From: Raillietiella orientalis
Taxonomy: Eukaryota
DNA: 64,000 nt
Direction of reading: 5' to 3'
Assembly: GCA_036172245.1 (NCBI GenBank)
Contig: JAYWIR010000049.1
Location: forward strand, 806,001-870,000
Shown here: positions 24,819 to 39,100 of the stretch, piece by piece
How positions within the stretch are numbered: position 1 is the first letter of the stretch
How the letters are laid out: each line of letters starts with the position of its first letter
The notes under the pieces: generated by a model
What the model was told of the DNA's origin: nothing
Seen by the model: the letters and a program-made list of their open reading frames with translations, nothing else
Databases searched by the model: none
Made by a program: the position numbers and the translations under genes

Positions 24819-26646
24819 AAACACACAATCGTGTTGCTCTGGCATTCGTGATGCATTGCCTGCATCCCATGCACCACGGCAACGAGCAGCAGCAGCAGCA
24901 GGAACTTGAGAAGTTTGATAGGCAAATAATCAAAGAGCTCGCAAAACCGCAACTCTTGCAAAAACTTGGAATGGGTTCCTCATCCGTGCTACCACACGCC
25001 AAAGCATCCTTCCTCCTTAAGCTACGTCCATTCCCTCCATCATTCCCAGTTGAGCCCATTGAATCTTATTTACGATGATGCGCAAGCACCTTCAAATCTT
25101 CACGCAAATACCTTCGCAAGAAAAGAGTTCGTGCACCCATACGCTGTACAACACAAAACCCGAATTAGCGGGCAATCGGTACAAGAGGGGGGGGGGGAGG
25201 GGATTTCGCAACAGGATAACTACACGTGTTGAGCGTGATGACAAGACATCAAGAACCTTCGCAGGACAGCGGGCAAGAAGAACACAACCTCAACTGAAGC
25301 GAACGTGTTGCCCAAACATGGAACACACGTCATGTGGAACCACATTTTCTGGATGCGTCTCGTTGGGTTCAGTGGATGACACTCTGATGCCAACTTTAAA
25401 AAAATCACATGCTGTTGTCAAGGGGGAAGGGATTTCCGGGCGGGGGAGCAAAGGTCACAATCGCAAGGGAAGAAACTGGGGAAGGGGTCGGAACCCTCAG
25501 ATCCCGGAAGTACAAAAAACCAAACGCAGCAGCAGCAGCGCGGTCGCCCCAAAAGCAAGGAAAATACCCGGTGGAACAGTGAAAGTTACACATAAGCAAA
25601 AAAGAAAAAAAAAAATCACTCTCGATGAATGAAGGCCTTTCCATTCAAGACAAGTAGCAGTTTACAGAACTGTAACATGACTATGCATTTTGTGACTGCA
25701 CACAGACTTTTCACGAAATGAATTATACACGTAAATCAAACTCAAGCCTTTAATCTTTCGACTTGAAATAAAAGATGTGCTTTCTACGAATCGACGAATA
25801 CGTACTTACATAGCAGAGTATGTAATAGTCATTCGTGGGAACAGAAATGTGGCGATTTTCAAACTCTTTTATAAATGCAAGTTTGCAACCTGGTCTCCAA
25901 AAGCGACTCCTGTTTTCATTTATTGCCAATTCATTTGAGGAAAAAAAAATACTCCATCAGTCAACGCATCACAGTGTTGGAAAAAACAAACAAACAAACA
26001 AAAAAAAAAAAAAAACACTTAAACCACACAATACCCAGCTCTAGGTCAACCTGTTTGCATCAATCTTGATATTTTGCAGACTACGAAGGATATGTGGATA
26101 TTAAATGAGTAACGATAAAACGTCAAAAAAAGCAAAGAAACGAAAGTAAAGGGATGTTATAATGCTCACACTGACTTGGTTGAATTATGAGGCACGGAAG
26201 CAGAACGGAGGAGAGAAGAGAGGAAAAGTGCTATAAAACTCGGCTGAAAAAACCGTCCAAGACCTGGGAAAACTTTACAGCTTTAAATTATAATTTTTCC
26301 CCCAATGAATCAGTTTTATTTGACTTTTTTTTTTTTTTTTTTTTTTTTTTTACAGTGATCAGAATGTCAAACAATCAATATTCAATTTTTAATGAAATTA
26401 AATACCAACAGATACAACAGTAAATATTAATAATTAGTTTCAAAATACTGTTTGCAAAATAAAATAAATACAGAGAGGCATTTCTTTTATTGTTCTCTGA
26501 ATTCTTGTGCACACGAATCATATATATGAATGACTGTAACAAATGAAAAATTAAATAAATTATTTATATTAAATAATTTAATTTATTTCAATATCTTCAT
26601 GTAACAAATATGGTGAATACATCAATACGCAATATTCTCAAGGTGT

Positions 26647-28947
26647 CTACCCCACTAGTGGATTGATATTTGCATTAATGTACATATTTTGGTGGGAATG
26701 ATGCAACTGACCTGCTGAAGTTAAATAATTATCAGCATCGCCTCCTCCACGATTGCCACAATTACTTTTGGATGTCCTCAATAAATCTTGCTCTGTCTTT
26801 TTGTTACTATAGCTTTTCCATAAAACACACTGGTCGACACATATTGTACGCACTTTCTTATATTTATCTGGATCATCCTCTATTTCAACATCAACTACTT
26901 CATTGTCATTAACATGCAGTATAAGATCATTGTAACCACTGTAACTAGATCGATATTTCTGTTTGAACATGTCCTTGGTTTTTGAAGAAATGCATTTGGA
27001 ATGTGAACTATTGGCTTTATTTTCCGTTTGACAACTATCACCATTACTAGTGCTTTTCATTTGTATAATATTGTTACTCGGAATCCCTTTGTTCTGTCCC
27101 AAGCAGCACTTCTTGGTGACACCATTGCTATAATACTCACTTGAGTATTTTCTTTTATGGGATTGGTTTGATTCAAAGTCAGAAACAGGTTGTTTACTTG
27201 TGGGAAAACGAGGCATGCAAATCTGCATTCCTAATTGTTCCAAAGAAGAACATAATGAAGAAGTTATTGGCATATCTAAAGTCACTACATCTTCAAAATC
27301 TGACAAGTCAGCAGTGTCAACAGAACTCACAGATAATCCAGATAATGAAGCATCATCATCAACATTGTTCAAGAAACTTAGCAGTTTCAGTTTGTTACTG
27401 CCATCTTTCCAATGCATAATCTTACTGAAATAGCCTTCTTCTTTTGCACTGAATGGAGATACTTGTTGCACAAGATCATATGTATCCAACAGAGTGCTGA
27501 TTTTTTCCCAACTTCCATTCAGGTAAGAGAGTGCTTCTTCATCATTATCAGGGAGAAATTTAGACAAGCTATTAAATGATTTTTTCATTTTTGCAATGAT
27601 ATATTCAACTTGTTGGATCCATGGATCACTGACTTCCTCAGGATAAAATGAAGAGTTGGAAGGAGATGCAAGCTTAACTGCCACCGTATCAGATACATCC
27701 TGGACTTTATCTTCATCCCATAGGGGTATTTTGTAATTACAAAGTCTTTCTTTTTGTGACACAGGGCCAATATTCCCAGTGCAACCGACTTTACAGTGTG
27801 CTTCAGAATTCATAAAACTGCTGCTTTTCTGTATAGCAATATGAAAATCTGCTTCAATGTACTCTTCAACTTGCTTAGATGCATCGTGTTTACGTGATTC
27901 CAAAACCAGACCAGACAATTTATTAGCATTTTCTTTAAGGGTGAGGAAGCCATCTTTTATTCTCCCTTTTTCTGAATTTAAGGAATCAAGACTTTCTAAC
28001 ATCCTATTATCCTTATGGTCAGAACTCTTTAAAACGTCTTCCTTTTTCTCTCCACTGTTTTTTGATGATTCCTTTTTAGCGTATTTAGTAGCTGGTTGTT
28101 TGGATTCAACATTTGCTGCTGGCAATGCATAAGATGAAAATGATGTACTTTTGTAGTCTGATCCCCGACCATCTTTATCGGGTTTTCTATTATCATAATG
28201 TGTCTTTTCACGATAACAACCATGATCATCGTGGACTTTTGTCTTTGTACGCTCTTTTTCGGGAGCCACAAATTCATCAAGTTTATTTTTTTCAACAGAA
28301 CCATCTTGATCACGCCTTTTTTGGTGCTGCTTTCCAATATTTAATCCACTAGTTCCCTTGTCTTTATTTTTACTAATAGCTTTCGAAGTTTTCGAAAAAT
28401 CATCGTTTCTTTTCATTTCTGTATTTTCTGTTTTCCCATGTATTGGTTTACTTTTTTCCACATCGTTTTTTTTCCTTTCCTTACCTTTATGCTTTTTAAT
28501 ATCATCTACTTTATGTTTAGACGCTTCCTTATTTTTCTGGTTATCATTAGAATTGCTTTCAATTCTAACTCCTTTGTCATACTTTTTTTCCAAAGACTTA
28601 TCTATACTACTGTCATTAGTACCCTTTGATTTTTCAGCAATGGCAAGCTTCTCAACAGCTACATCATTCTTTAGTTTGCTTTCAGCTACATCACTTTTTT
28701 CACCAATCATTGAATAAGATGCAAAAGAATCTATTGACAAAAGTGGAATAAAAAAATATACTTATCAAGATGACTGTGAAACACACGAAACATTAATTAC
28801 CATATATAAACAATATTCCATTTGCAATATATGATGTAAAATTAATTACTGTTTACCCAAAATAATTTGAAATTCAAATTAATAGATTCTCAAAAAATGC
28901 ATGAAGGAGCATTTTAAAAGCTACAATAACATAAAATAAATATTTCA

Positions 28948-28978
<31 letters not shown>

Positions 28979-31900
28979 AACTGTATTTCTCAAGCTCATT
29001 TTGTAAAGCTTAGATAAATGCACACAAATAAAGTTCACTTTGAAATAAATAGTCAACTAATAACAGAAAAACATGGATATAAGAATACATTTATTGCAAA
29101 CTCAGGATTAAACTGCTTGAACATTGCCATATAAACAAATTCATATGCACCTAAACAACTGAAGGTTTTATACAGAAACAAATGTACAAATAATCCATCA
29201 GATCAATCTGAAAACACTGCTGTAACAAGATCACATTAAACCTCTAATGCAACTTATGACACTGTACTCGAGTTTGTTTCATTTGAAAACTACCAACTCT
29301 CTACATTTTCAGTACATTCATTTTGATCAGTTGCTGCTAGATGTAAAAACGAATTAGTGTACATGCTAAAGATAATCCATAATCACAAAATATTTTTGTC
29401 TACATAATCTTATGAACAAAACCTTATTTCAACTGTACAGCCCATCAAAAATTTGGCTCTATAAAAACAGTTAAACAAGAACTTTGATCAAACAATTCCA
29501 AATGCGCAAATTCAATAAAAATCATCACTTTGAAGTGTAACAATTGAAATTGTGATGCATCAAAATTAAATCACCGAACTGATCTCTGAAGCATACACAC
29601 ATTTTGCATACAAAAAAAAAAAGAAAAGTACATGAATGTACTTCAACTATAGAGATTCCGGGGCAAAATAAACAAACTAAAGATACTACAGTAAAGCTAT
29701 TTGTTTACTTTAAACATAGCATCTTTTCTGAAATCCTTTATGTCCTCTTAGTTCTTCTAATAACATATGCACAGTAGACTCTAATTTTGGTAAACATGTG
29801 CATCAATCACTTTAAGTATGATGGGTTTCCCGAATAATCAATTCCTACATGTAAATTAAAAAAAAGCAACTAACTGAGTGTTTATATATAATAAATGAGG
29901 ATTCAGTAAACAGGGAATTACTTACTCAGCTAATTATGGTGCACTTTTTGATTTGAGTAATAAATATTTTGAAGAACAGCAAAACAAAAGCATTTTATTC
30001 CTAGATTTATAATTATGATGAAATAATTACAGGTTTTCTTGATGTTTCAGGAACCTCATTTTGAGAAGTACAGGTATCAGATATCACCAGTTTATAAAGT
30101 GATACAAAAAATTTACGATGCTGCGTGAAATACATCTGATAAATTGAAAAGACAGAACAAAGTCTTCGATTCAATGATTGGAAAAAAAAAGGAAGGAAAA
30201 AAAAAGGAAGGGAAAAAAAAAAAAAAAAAAAAAAAAGGGGGATTCTCACTTTTTCATGGCTAAATCACATTTACCTTCACATCGTTAATAATCTTCAAGT
30301 TTCTTAAATAAACTCCTTGTTCATTACATCAATCAGCATAAAACTCATTTTTTTGAAATTTTTAATGAATCAAATCACTTTGGGGGGGGGGGAAAAAAAC
30401 AAAAAAAAACAAAAAAAAATTTTTTTTTCTGAATATCAACATCGATTTCTGACAACCAAGCACTTCAAATTCTTAAAACCATTATGACTATTCAGTGTAA
30501 GAATCACAATATGATTATCATCTTGATGCACAAATCTGTTTCTGAATTATTAAACATAACAAAGCTAGAGAGCAACACATCACTGACTTCATTCACTACC
30601 AACACAATAAATATACTTTCAACATAATGAAAACTTCATATTAGCACTATTATTAACAGTCCAAACTCAAAAATCGATTTTTTAAAATACCAATCATTTA
30701 ATGTTCGATACTCGATCATGAAAAACTGCATTTCACAAGGCCTAATTTCTATTTTGTTCCCACAAAATCCCAACTTGCCAAAACAAATTTGAATCTTTTG
30801 CAAATTTCAACAATTATGCTATCAAGCAATTCTCTGTTATCTATTTTCCATGTTTCATGAAACACTTCTTTAAATTTGATTTGGATTATCGAAGAAACTG
30901 GAAAATTTAATCTTCAAATAGTGGAAATGCATTAAGCCTTTTTCCTTTTCAATGATGTTAGATAAATTACTTCAAATAATTTCTTACGATTCACAATTCT
31001 GATAACGTATTTCTTCTTTTAAATGGCCTACTCTTGATGTCTAGATATATTTCCTGTTATTATTCGGGTGAAAGAATCCCTTTTCCTCTTCTGATTCCTG
31101 AGAATACTTCTTATTTTGCAACTGTATTCCTCCTATAAATTTTAAGAAGTTAAAACAGTTAATATAATGTTTATTAATCTGTCTTGTTTACGTGATAGCA
31201 GAAAAGACCTCAAACAAGCACCATTACTTTCTCAGTATGTGATATCAAATCAAACATTTCTATTGCTTCACCTTTATACAATTTACATTACACTTTATTA
31301 TTTTGCCGAGTTAATTTTAATCAATAATTCTACTACGACTGCCAGTATCCTTAGTGAATTTACCATTAAAAAAAAAAAAAAATACAATGCATCCATTGCA
31401 ATACTTTTCAGTGAATCACTGAAAAGGAAATTGGTCTCCAGAATTCCCATTGAAAGTACTAAAATTTATGCAACGTCTGCAGTATTGCGTAAATTCTGAA
31501 TTCAATTCTACTTTTGTAACTTAATTCTTACATATTTCTTACATTATCTGTACACACAAAGTAAAAAATCATGTCGAAAAATTCTTTTTTCTTTGCTATT
31601 AGCTGCAACTGAATTCTATTACGAGCCCATAGATTCATACGACGAATTTAATTCTTTATCTATGTTACTTTACTTCTGACAGAAACCTCCCAGCACATGT
31701 TGAAATCAACAAGTGTTCCTCCAAGTAATGTATAACCCTGTCAACACAGTAAAAATGCAGAAACACCTAACAATGTTCATCACGAATTATTTCTTTATTC
31801 ATTTCAAACTGTGTGGAAGGACACAATAGTGAATTAAAAAGACTAAACACCATTTCTATTGTTTAAAACCAATGTCTAGATAACTGATAACACTGAACCA

Positions 31901-33128
31901 CTTGGAAAAATTACTTAAGCTCAAATGAAAACCACAGATTTTAAATTTCATTATTAGGATATTTATTGAATGAATAAGAATTGAACTTATAGTCTAGAAA
32001 AACAAATGATGAAATTTACCTGATGCTACTGTTTGATTCATATGCAAATAATGATGAACAACATCTTCAACTTTTGGCAAAAAAACTGAATAAATTTTGG
32101 GGTTCACAACTTGATCAATTATTCTATCAATTCCGGATTTCAAAAAACCTGAGCTAGAATACATTAGGTTACAATGAGCATTTTTACATTCATAGCATCT
32201 GAGACATACTCATTAATATGTTTTCTTACAATGTCTCTTAACTGGTTTTTGTTAAGATCAGGTTTCCATGTCTGCTTTCTTAAAAAATTAGTTACAGTAG
32301 ATTCCACACGCTGATGCAAATTTTGATAAGCAGGCTAAATAAAAAAAATAGTTTTTTAAGTATTACAGAGCATTTACACCATTGTAAAAATGAGGAAGGC
32401 TGTGAAACAAAATTCCTACGAGGATACACAAAGCACACACAGCTCAGCAAATAATACAAAAAATGGATCCCTGTAACAAAAACAGCTCTACAAATCCTCA
32501 CACACACTTAAAAAATATCAATGATCCCGTTTTTTAAATTTGGAGAGAAATCGCATAAGCAGATATTGCTTACTGAAATGATTTCAGAATCAATAATCAA
32601 TGTTTCATCTACAAATACTGACAACATCAAAAATTTATTTGTTTCTTAAAATTTATGGGAGGAGAAAGATCATTGTAGATATTTTTCTCTACATCAAATT
32701 CTCAAATGAATGAAATTATACATAGACAAGAGTTGACATTCTATTACATATCAGAATGAGGAATTGCACAAACTATCCTAAGATTACAATATCAGTTTTC
32801 CTATGATAAGGTGTTTAAAATGAATATGCAAACTGCACACCTTTTGCACTCAAATAAGATTCTGAACAACGAAAAGTAAGCAATAAACAGAATTTATTAA
32901 AAAATTTTATATTGTACTTAAAGGTTAAAACTTTAAAGCATAAAATTTTTGACATTCTTATTATTTTGTAAAGTATCCACTTACTTTGGTATCTACATCT
33001 GCCAAACATTCTTTCCGAAATTGATCAAAAGTTCCTTGTGATTTCAAATGAGCAGTTATACTATTAATCAGATTTGAATCAGGTAACGATGTTATTTGTA
33101 TGGGAACATTGGATGCTTCAATGACCAT
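26647..33128 (-). CDS. BOD1L1: BOD1/BOD1L-like protein (COMPASS Shg1-type N-terminal domain plus long Lys/Ser-rich tail), about 828 aa if there are no extra internal exons
   Basis: Exons 33128-32985 (MVIEASNVPIQITSLPDSNLINSITAHLKSQGTFDQFRKECLADVDTK), 32334-32210 (PAYQNLHQRVESTVTNFLRKQTWKPDLNKNQLRDIVRKHIN), 32153-32020 (SGFLKSGIDRIIDQVVNPKIYSVFLPKVEDVVHHYL) and a terminal exon 28730-26647. The phase-1 acceptor cttttgtcaatag matches the phase-1 donor at 32019, and the terminal exon contains SVSSVDTADLSDFED. The N-terminal exons match the recalled BOD1 domain closely; the link to the terminal exon is inferred from strand and phase. Confidence 0.88.
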
Positions 33129-36100
33129 AATAGTAAAGTTCCATCAAGCTCATGAAAACAGTTCCCTACAAATATGTAAAGATCTCCTACATATACATAT
33201 AATTATTAGCAGTGAAAACAATCAACACATAACAGGCACACATTAATTGCATGCCTTGCTCAAGATGTAAAAAAATTAATATATTAAATATTAAAAAACT
33301 GCACATCACATGTGCAGGTACTACGGAAATTTTTACAGTAATCATAACTGCATTTCTTTACACAAGTTAATGCATGTTTCTTCTTTTCCATTAAAAATAT
33401 ACAGCTGGGAATGTTTGTTATCATTTATAAGTATCACACATATACATACATATATAACAGTAGTATTTGAATTAAGAGACATTCTTATTTGAGGCAAAAG
33501 AGAAGAATCATATCTGACATGTATTCAAGCATGCAGCACACATTTCAATTGTCTAAAACCAAGGAGCATACAGTTGGTGCGTTAGACGACATTCATATAC
33601 ATTTGAAAAAGGGTAGCAACAGCTGAATCCAGAAGATATGAACGACCAAGTTCTGGTGAAAATTAAGAAAATCAAGTTACAAAAGCTGAACCTTATTAAC
33701 AAAGACCCATGTCTTACTACGAAATAACACGTGCACTCTTAATAAATAATAGGAATTTTAATTATAGTTTCATATCATTACTTAACATGAAATCATAACT
33801 TGAAAATATGAATACATGTTACCTATGCAGGAATACAACTAATTACAATGATGGGTTTATATAATTATAATACAACTGCAAAATTCATTAACACAATGAG
33901 AAACTAAAATATCGTGAAGCAATACAATCACATATTTGTATGGATTTAAAGCTAATATCTGAACATAAATTAGGCTGGCAAAGTTCGGTTATACAGCAGG
34001 CATTAACCAACACTTCATTACAACTTTCTCTTAAACATAAACCTTGAAAACCAACATACATTCACCTCTTTTTACCTCTTAGCACATCATAAATTCCCGA
34101 TCCTTCACCAAAAAAAGGCAAAATAGGGAATGCATCAAACTTGGTAGTAAATACTTGTTTAACCACATCAAACTTTACGAAACAAGGCCGTGCACTAACT
34201 TAAAGCATTTTATCACAACTTACTTACGAGAAACTTGTACCAGCTACGTATATGGTACTCGTCACTCCTCGACTATAATCACTTCCCATTAATTATAAAG
34301 TTTATAGCTTACCAAAATAGAATTCCTGTAACTAAACTACATCTAATTAAAATTAGAAGCAGTCCATATTACATACAACTGATACTGTAATTAATTGCAT
34401 ACATCTACAACAATACAATTACATGAAAACATCTGAAACCTTTAAAAACAAATTTTCTGAATTAGAAACTCAACTTGCACTTCAGACCAATGAACAAAAA
34501 CGCCTGCTAGTAACTGCCACAGAACAGACAATCAACCAACAGTTTCTGATTATGTTATCTTAAGAAATCTGCAACATCTCACGTGGCCATGTTCGAAATT
34601 CACTTTTCAAATTCGAATTTTATAGTTAACACACATTAATAGAACAACTTTATTCATCACTGTTTACGCAGATGTTGGATACTAACGCTTCCGTGTACAC
34701 GGCGAAGCACTTCGAAATCCCAAACCAGTAGTCAAGAAAAATTGACACTTGAACGGATCAAAATGTAACTGCAAAGTAGAAGATTCTTCCCGGGCACACT
34801 TAATCCCCCAAACAGTTTACTGTGCTTTTCTTCCTTCGGGTGGCACCGAGGAAGATTAACTGTAAAACAGAACCACGTACAAGAGAATGCTGGTGGGCAG
34901 CGCAGTATACGATTTTCCGCATGGATTTCAGAATCGCGTACGGGCTCAAGCTTCCAAATAAAAGAGGGGCGGGAAAAAAAAAAAAAAAAAACATAATTTT
35001 TAAACTTTCGACATCAGAGCATCCACACAGTTCCTTAACCTAGTGCGTGACATCGTCATCATTTCGTTTTTTTCTTTTTTTTTTTTTCGTGTTCCAGCAA
35101 CTTTTAATTCCGCGTGTTTGGAATTTCGCTTCCCACACATCGCGCTATTGCGTCGTTGGCTGCGTGACGTCGTTCTACACGGTGTTTTTTAAAGCCGTGT
35201 TTTTTAATTGCTCGATGGAGACACACCGAACACGAGGGTTCTCGACGTGCACTTCTGTTCCCCCGAATGCGTTTGCACTCGTCATTTGCTTAGTGAATTC
35301 TGCGTTTTCACCTTGCAACACGAACACAAACCGAGTCGCGTTTCCATGGCGAGGAACGCAAGATGAGGAACACTGAAGAGCACCCCTTGAAAGTCAGCAG
35401 GACCACTCATCCCGTATTAAAATTGCTTTTCCCATTGGTTTCCTAAAACTCTTCTGAAAACTATGATACCATGCGATCACTTGGACAGGAAAAATACCGC
35501 AAACAACATTACAATCCTCGGAATAAGATATTCTACCCTGTTCGGTTCTGAGACATCTTGCTGAATGTAGAAAAAAAGGAAAAAGGTCCTCAGGGTTTCG
35601 TGCGTGCAAGGAAAAACGTGAAATTTGAATTTGCGGAGGCATCTCCAGCCGGCTGCTCCTCAACTGGAGCGATTGGGATACGAAGATGCTGCTCAATTAC
35701 GAGGTTAGAAAGAAGAAGTGGGATCCCACTGCTTTTCGGTAAAGTTCAGCTGAGGGACCAGACAGTGCTTGAAAACTTTCAGGATACTTTGTTAAGACAC
35801 GGGAAACATGGAAACACACACGCAGCTGCACACAGAGCTTTCCGTGAGATTTGTTCTGGCGGGAAACCGGTGCAGCAAGTGCAGATGAGCAAACAGTGGC
35901 TAGAAGGTAAGACAGGAAGAAAAATGCTGTCTGCCTTCTGTGATTCCTTGTTGTTTACTTCTCAGATGGTTTCCGTGGTAGGACGACCCCTTTTGCTTGT
36001 TGGGAAAAAGCTGGGATCACGTTTTGTCATTTCTAAGTATGGAAACGACGCTCAGTCGTCCATCGTGAGCTCGGAACATGCGATCAGTTTTTATTTGGGA

Positions 36101-39100
36101 GTGGTTAAGGTCAACACACACTTCCACTATCAGCGTGTGAGCGATATCCTCACATTCTATCCTCAGAAGTCCATCTTGAATGGTCCAGCATGCAGGTGTG
36201 TTTGCAGGCGTCGTAATTGTTTTGCGAGAGTGTCCTCTGTGACAGTAGCGACGGAGGTTGAAAATGTAACGTCATTTCCAAAGACATGCAGTCACAGACA
36301 CATTGCGGAAACCTGAAGTCAGAGAACTGTTTTCCCACCGTTTCGGTGGAGCATTATTTTCCACAGACATCGGTAGGAATGCAGCGAGCGATGCTGGTGC
36401 TCTAGAGATAAAAGTTATCAGTGAAGAATGCGACTGGTTTCGCAAATTCCTTCGGAGGTGTCGAAAATTACAAGCATCTTGAACATTTATCAAAAGCTGC
36501 CATGGCTCCTCGTGTACAAGTAGAGCATAAATCTGCTCTGTCCACAATGTGGAGAATGACTTGACACAGTTGCAATGTGTTTCCAAGTAGGCAAATGTGC
36601 ATCTTGCAGGTGTGCTAACATCATGAATAACATGACAATGCACGAAATGATTCAACGATTGGATTAGACGCTCAAAATGACGGAGAGGACTGTTTCGGGA
36701 AAGATCACTGTAAGAAGGAAGTTTCATCAGAAGACTGCGTGCAAAATGGACCAAACGTTGAAACGATTTCAAATCACTTAGTCGAGATTCGAACTAGTAG
36801 AGAACCTTATAATTGAAGAAACCTTCGAAACAGTTTGACTGCTAAGGTGCATTCTACATTGCATGCATCTGGAGAGCAGCCGATGCAAAATTTTATGATC
36901 CTACAGAAATCATGATTCTTCCGAGCAAAGAAGTAGCTTGGGTGCAAACTACTCTTATTACTGGGCAATATACTGAGAACATGATTATTACTGGATGCAA
37001 AGTAAGAAGATGATTATTTTCGCGGTTTGTCTTGAAGGCTTTCTTAGTTTGAGTTATATATTGGTCTTGCTCCTCGGAGCATTCGAAATCACAAAAGAGG
37101 ACCAGCGTTTCCGTTATTTGTCATGATTCCATCAGGAATCAAATGATTTCTTGAAAACAATGAATTCATTATGAAAATCAATTCTACTTTTGCAAGGTTG
37201 TTGGCCTTTTGAAGCTGAGGAGCTAGAAATGGGTGCGTTAGCAACAAATTGAGAAAATTTGCTAAAACGCTATAATGCCATTAGCATATGTGCACATGTG
37301 TTAGAGAAGCATGATTTCTGACGAAAAATTCATGTGATCCACATTTCGTGGATGTAATATTTATTCTAAGAACAATAGTTTTTTTGTTTAAGGAAACTCC
37401 TGTCGAGCTTCCCAAGAATAACTATTCCCATCATCAAAAGCATCAAAGAGTCACTGGAAAAACATAATTTCGATCTCTTAGATTTATGAATTCGATGGAT
37501 GGGCAACCCTATATCAAATTAAGTTAGAAGGCCTCAAGCTGTAATTTGGCCTTCAGATTACTATTTTGTATTTGATTTTGTTATATCGAGTTTATGAGCT
37601 CAGTGCATCCCCAACTCCAAAAGTGTTCTTGGGGGTTTGGGTGTGTGCCAATTCCACTGGATGCTCTCTGAACCTCTCATCGATCTCCAAATTTTTTGAT
37701 CTCCCATCAATGACTCAGACCCTTGTTGGACTCTAATCGCAACTGCGAAAGCATATTCTGAAATTTTCAAGCATGAAAAGATTCTGCTCACTGCCCTGAG
37801 CGCTTCGTGGGATATGGTTTGAAGGTTTACACTTTGATCTTTGCACCATTCAGCAACACTTTTTAAGTACGGAGCCATTCGTCATGGAACCTCCGAGCAG
37901 TGAGTAAAACTCCGACTCTGCCCTACTCGTAGGAGGTGTTTCATGAGACTGGCAAGTGATAGTGGGACCATGTAACATCAATGACTATTGATGACAGCTG
38001 CAACCATCCTGTAAATTTTGTCTGTCAAAATTACTCGTCAATAGTTATCACAGATCAAAGACGCTTTCAGAAAATCATTATACTTTTCCTCCGATACGTT
38101 GGCAGGAATGACGAAGGAGAAAGGGAGCACTTAAAGGTTACTTCCTTCGACGACACTTTCAATTCCGTCTTCTGCTGATGTTTAAAAAGAAGCCACCGGC
38201 AATGATTCTGTCTTCACGCCTCCAGATGATTCTTCTAATAAAATTCCTTTGTTCTCTCTATGCTGGTTCAAAGGCACTCCCCCAGAAATTCTCAAAGGTC
38301 TCACTTAGGTCTCAGGGAACGTTTATGTCGATTCGCAAGTGCAGCATTGGTGTGATGAAAATACTGCACGTTGCCTGCACTTAGTTTCAGGACCAGAAAA
38401 ATGTAGAAGTTGTTAATGTTTGTGCTTTGATGTCTTTTGTCCTGTATGAAGCTGCTCTGATCTTTAGAAACGGACGGATAGTAAGAGCTCAAATTTCTTA
38501 TCCACCGAAAAGAATTGCATTAATATGGGCTGATGACGAGACAGAAATAATCATCAAATAAGGAGCATGGATGCGTTTACATCATAACTCATTAAATGCC
38601 TCAACCCATTCAGCAGCACGGTGAAGGAACGCCTCTACTCAGGCAGATCAACAAGGCATCCAGGCTATCTAATCTAGCAGACAAGGGTGAGAAATAAGTC
38701 ACTGGGAATTGCTTCAGACCATCAGCATTTCTGGTAAGGGAAGTGAACATTACAAGTACCTTGCATTCGATGAAGAAGAAGCTCCTAAAGGCACAACCAA
38801 CGCTTGAGGATTTGGGGGATTTTATGTGTCTGGACCGATCAACAGGAAGAGGAACAGATGTAGAAACGATGCCAAAGGCAAGATCCCAGCAAGTGAAATG
38901 CCCAACATCACATTTTGTGACCCCGCGTTCGACTCGCAAATGGGAAAAAAAGTCACGTCCCGCTTACCAACGATTCAAGGCAAGGATCAAGAAGAGAACA
39001 TGTCTCCTGTCGAGAAGCATAGAAATTCCGGGCATTTTCAACTCAGTAAAGAATGTCTTTGGTTTGCGGATTGCAGGTCGACCTTCTATCTGGAGGACAG

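Noticed and set aside
26323..26351. Genomic poly(T) run downstream of the BOD1L stop, suggesting a retro-insertion tail
   Set aside because: BOD1L has introns, and similar A/T homopolymers occur throughout the window.
29298..29336. Possible 39-nt phase-1/1 micro-exon of BOD1L with a TAGCAG tandem acceptor
   Set aside because: Weak donor (A|GTTGGT) and no homology support.
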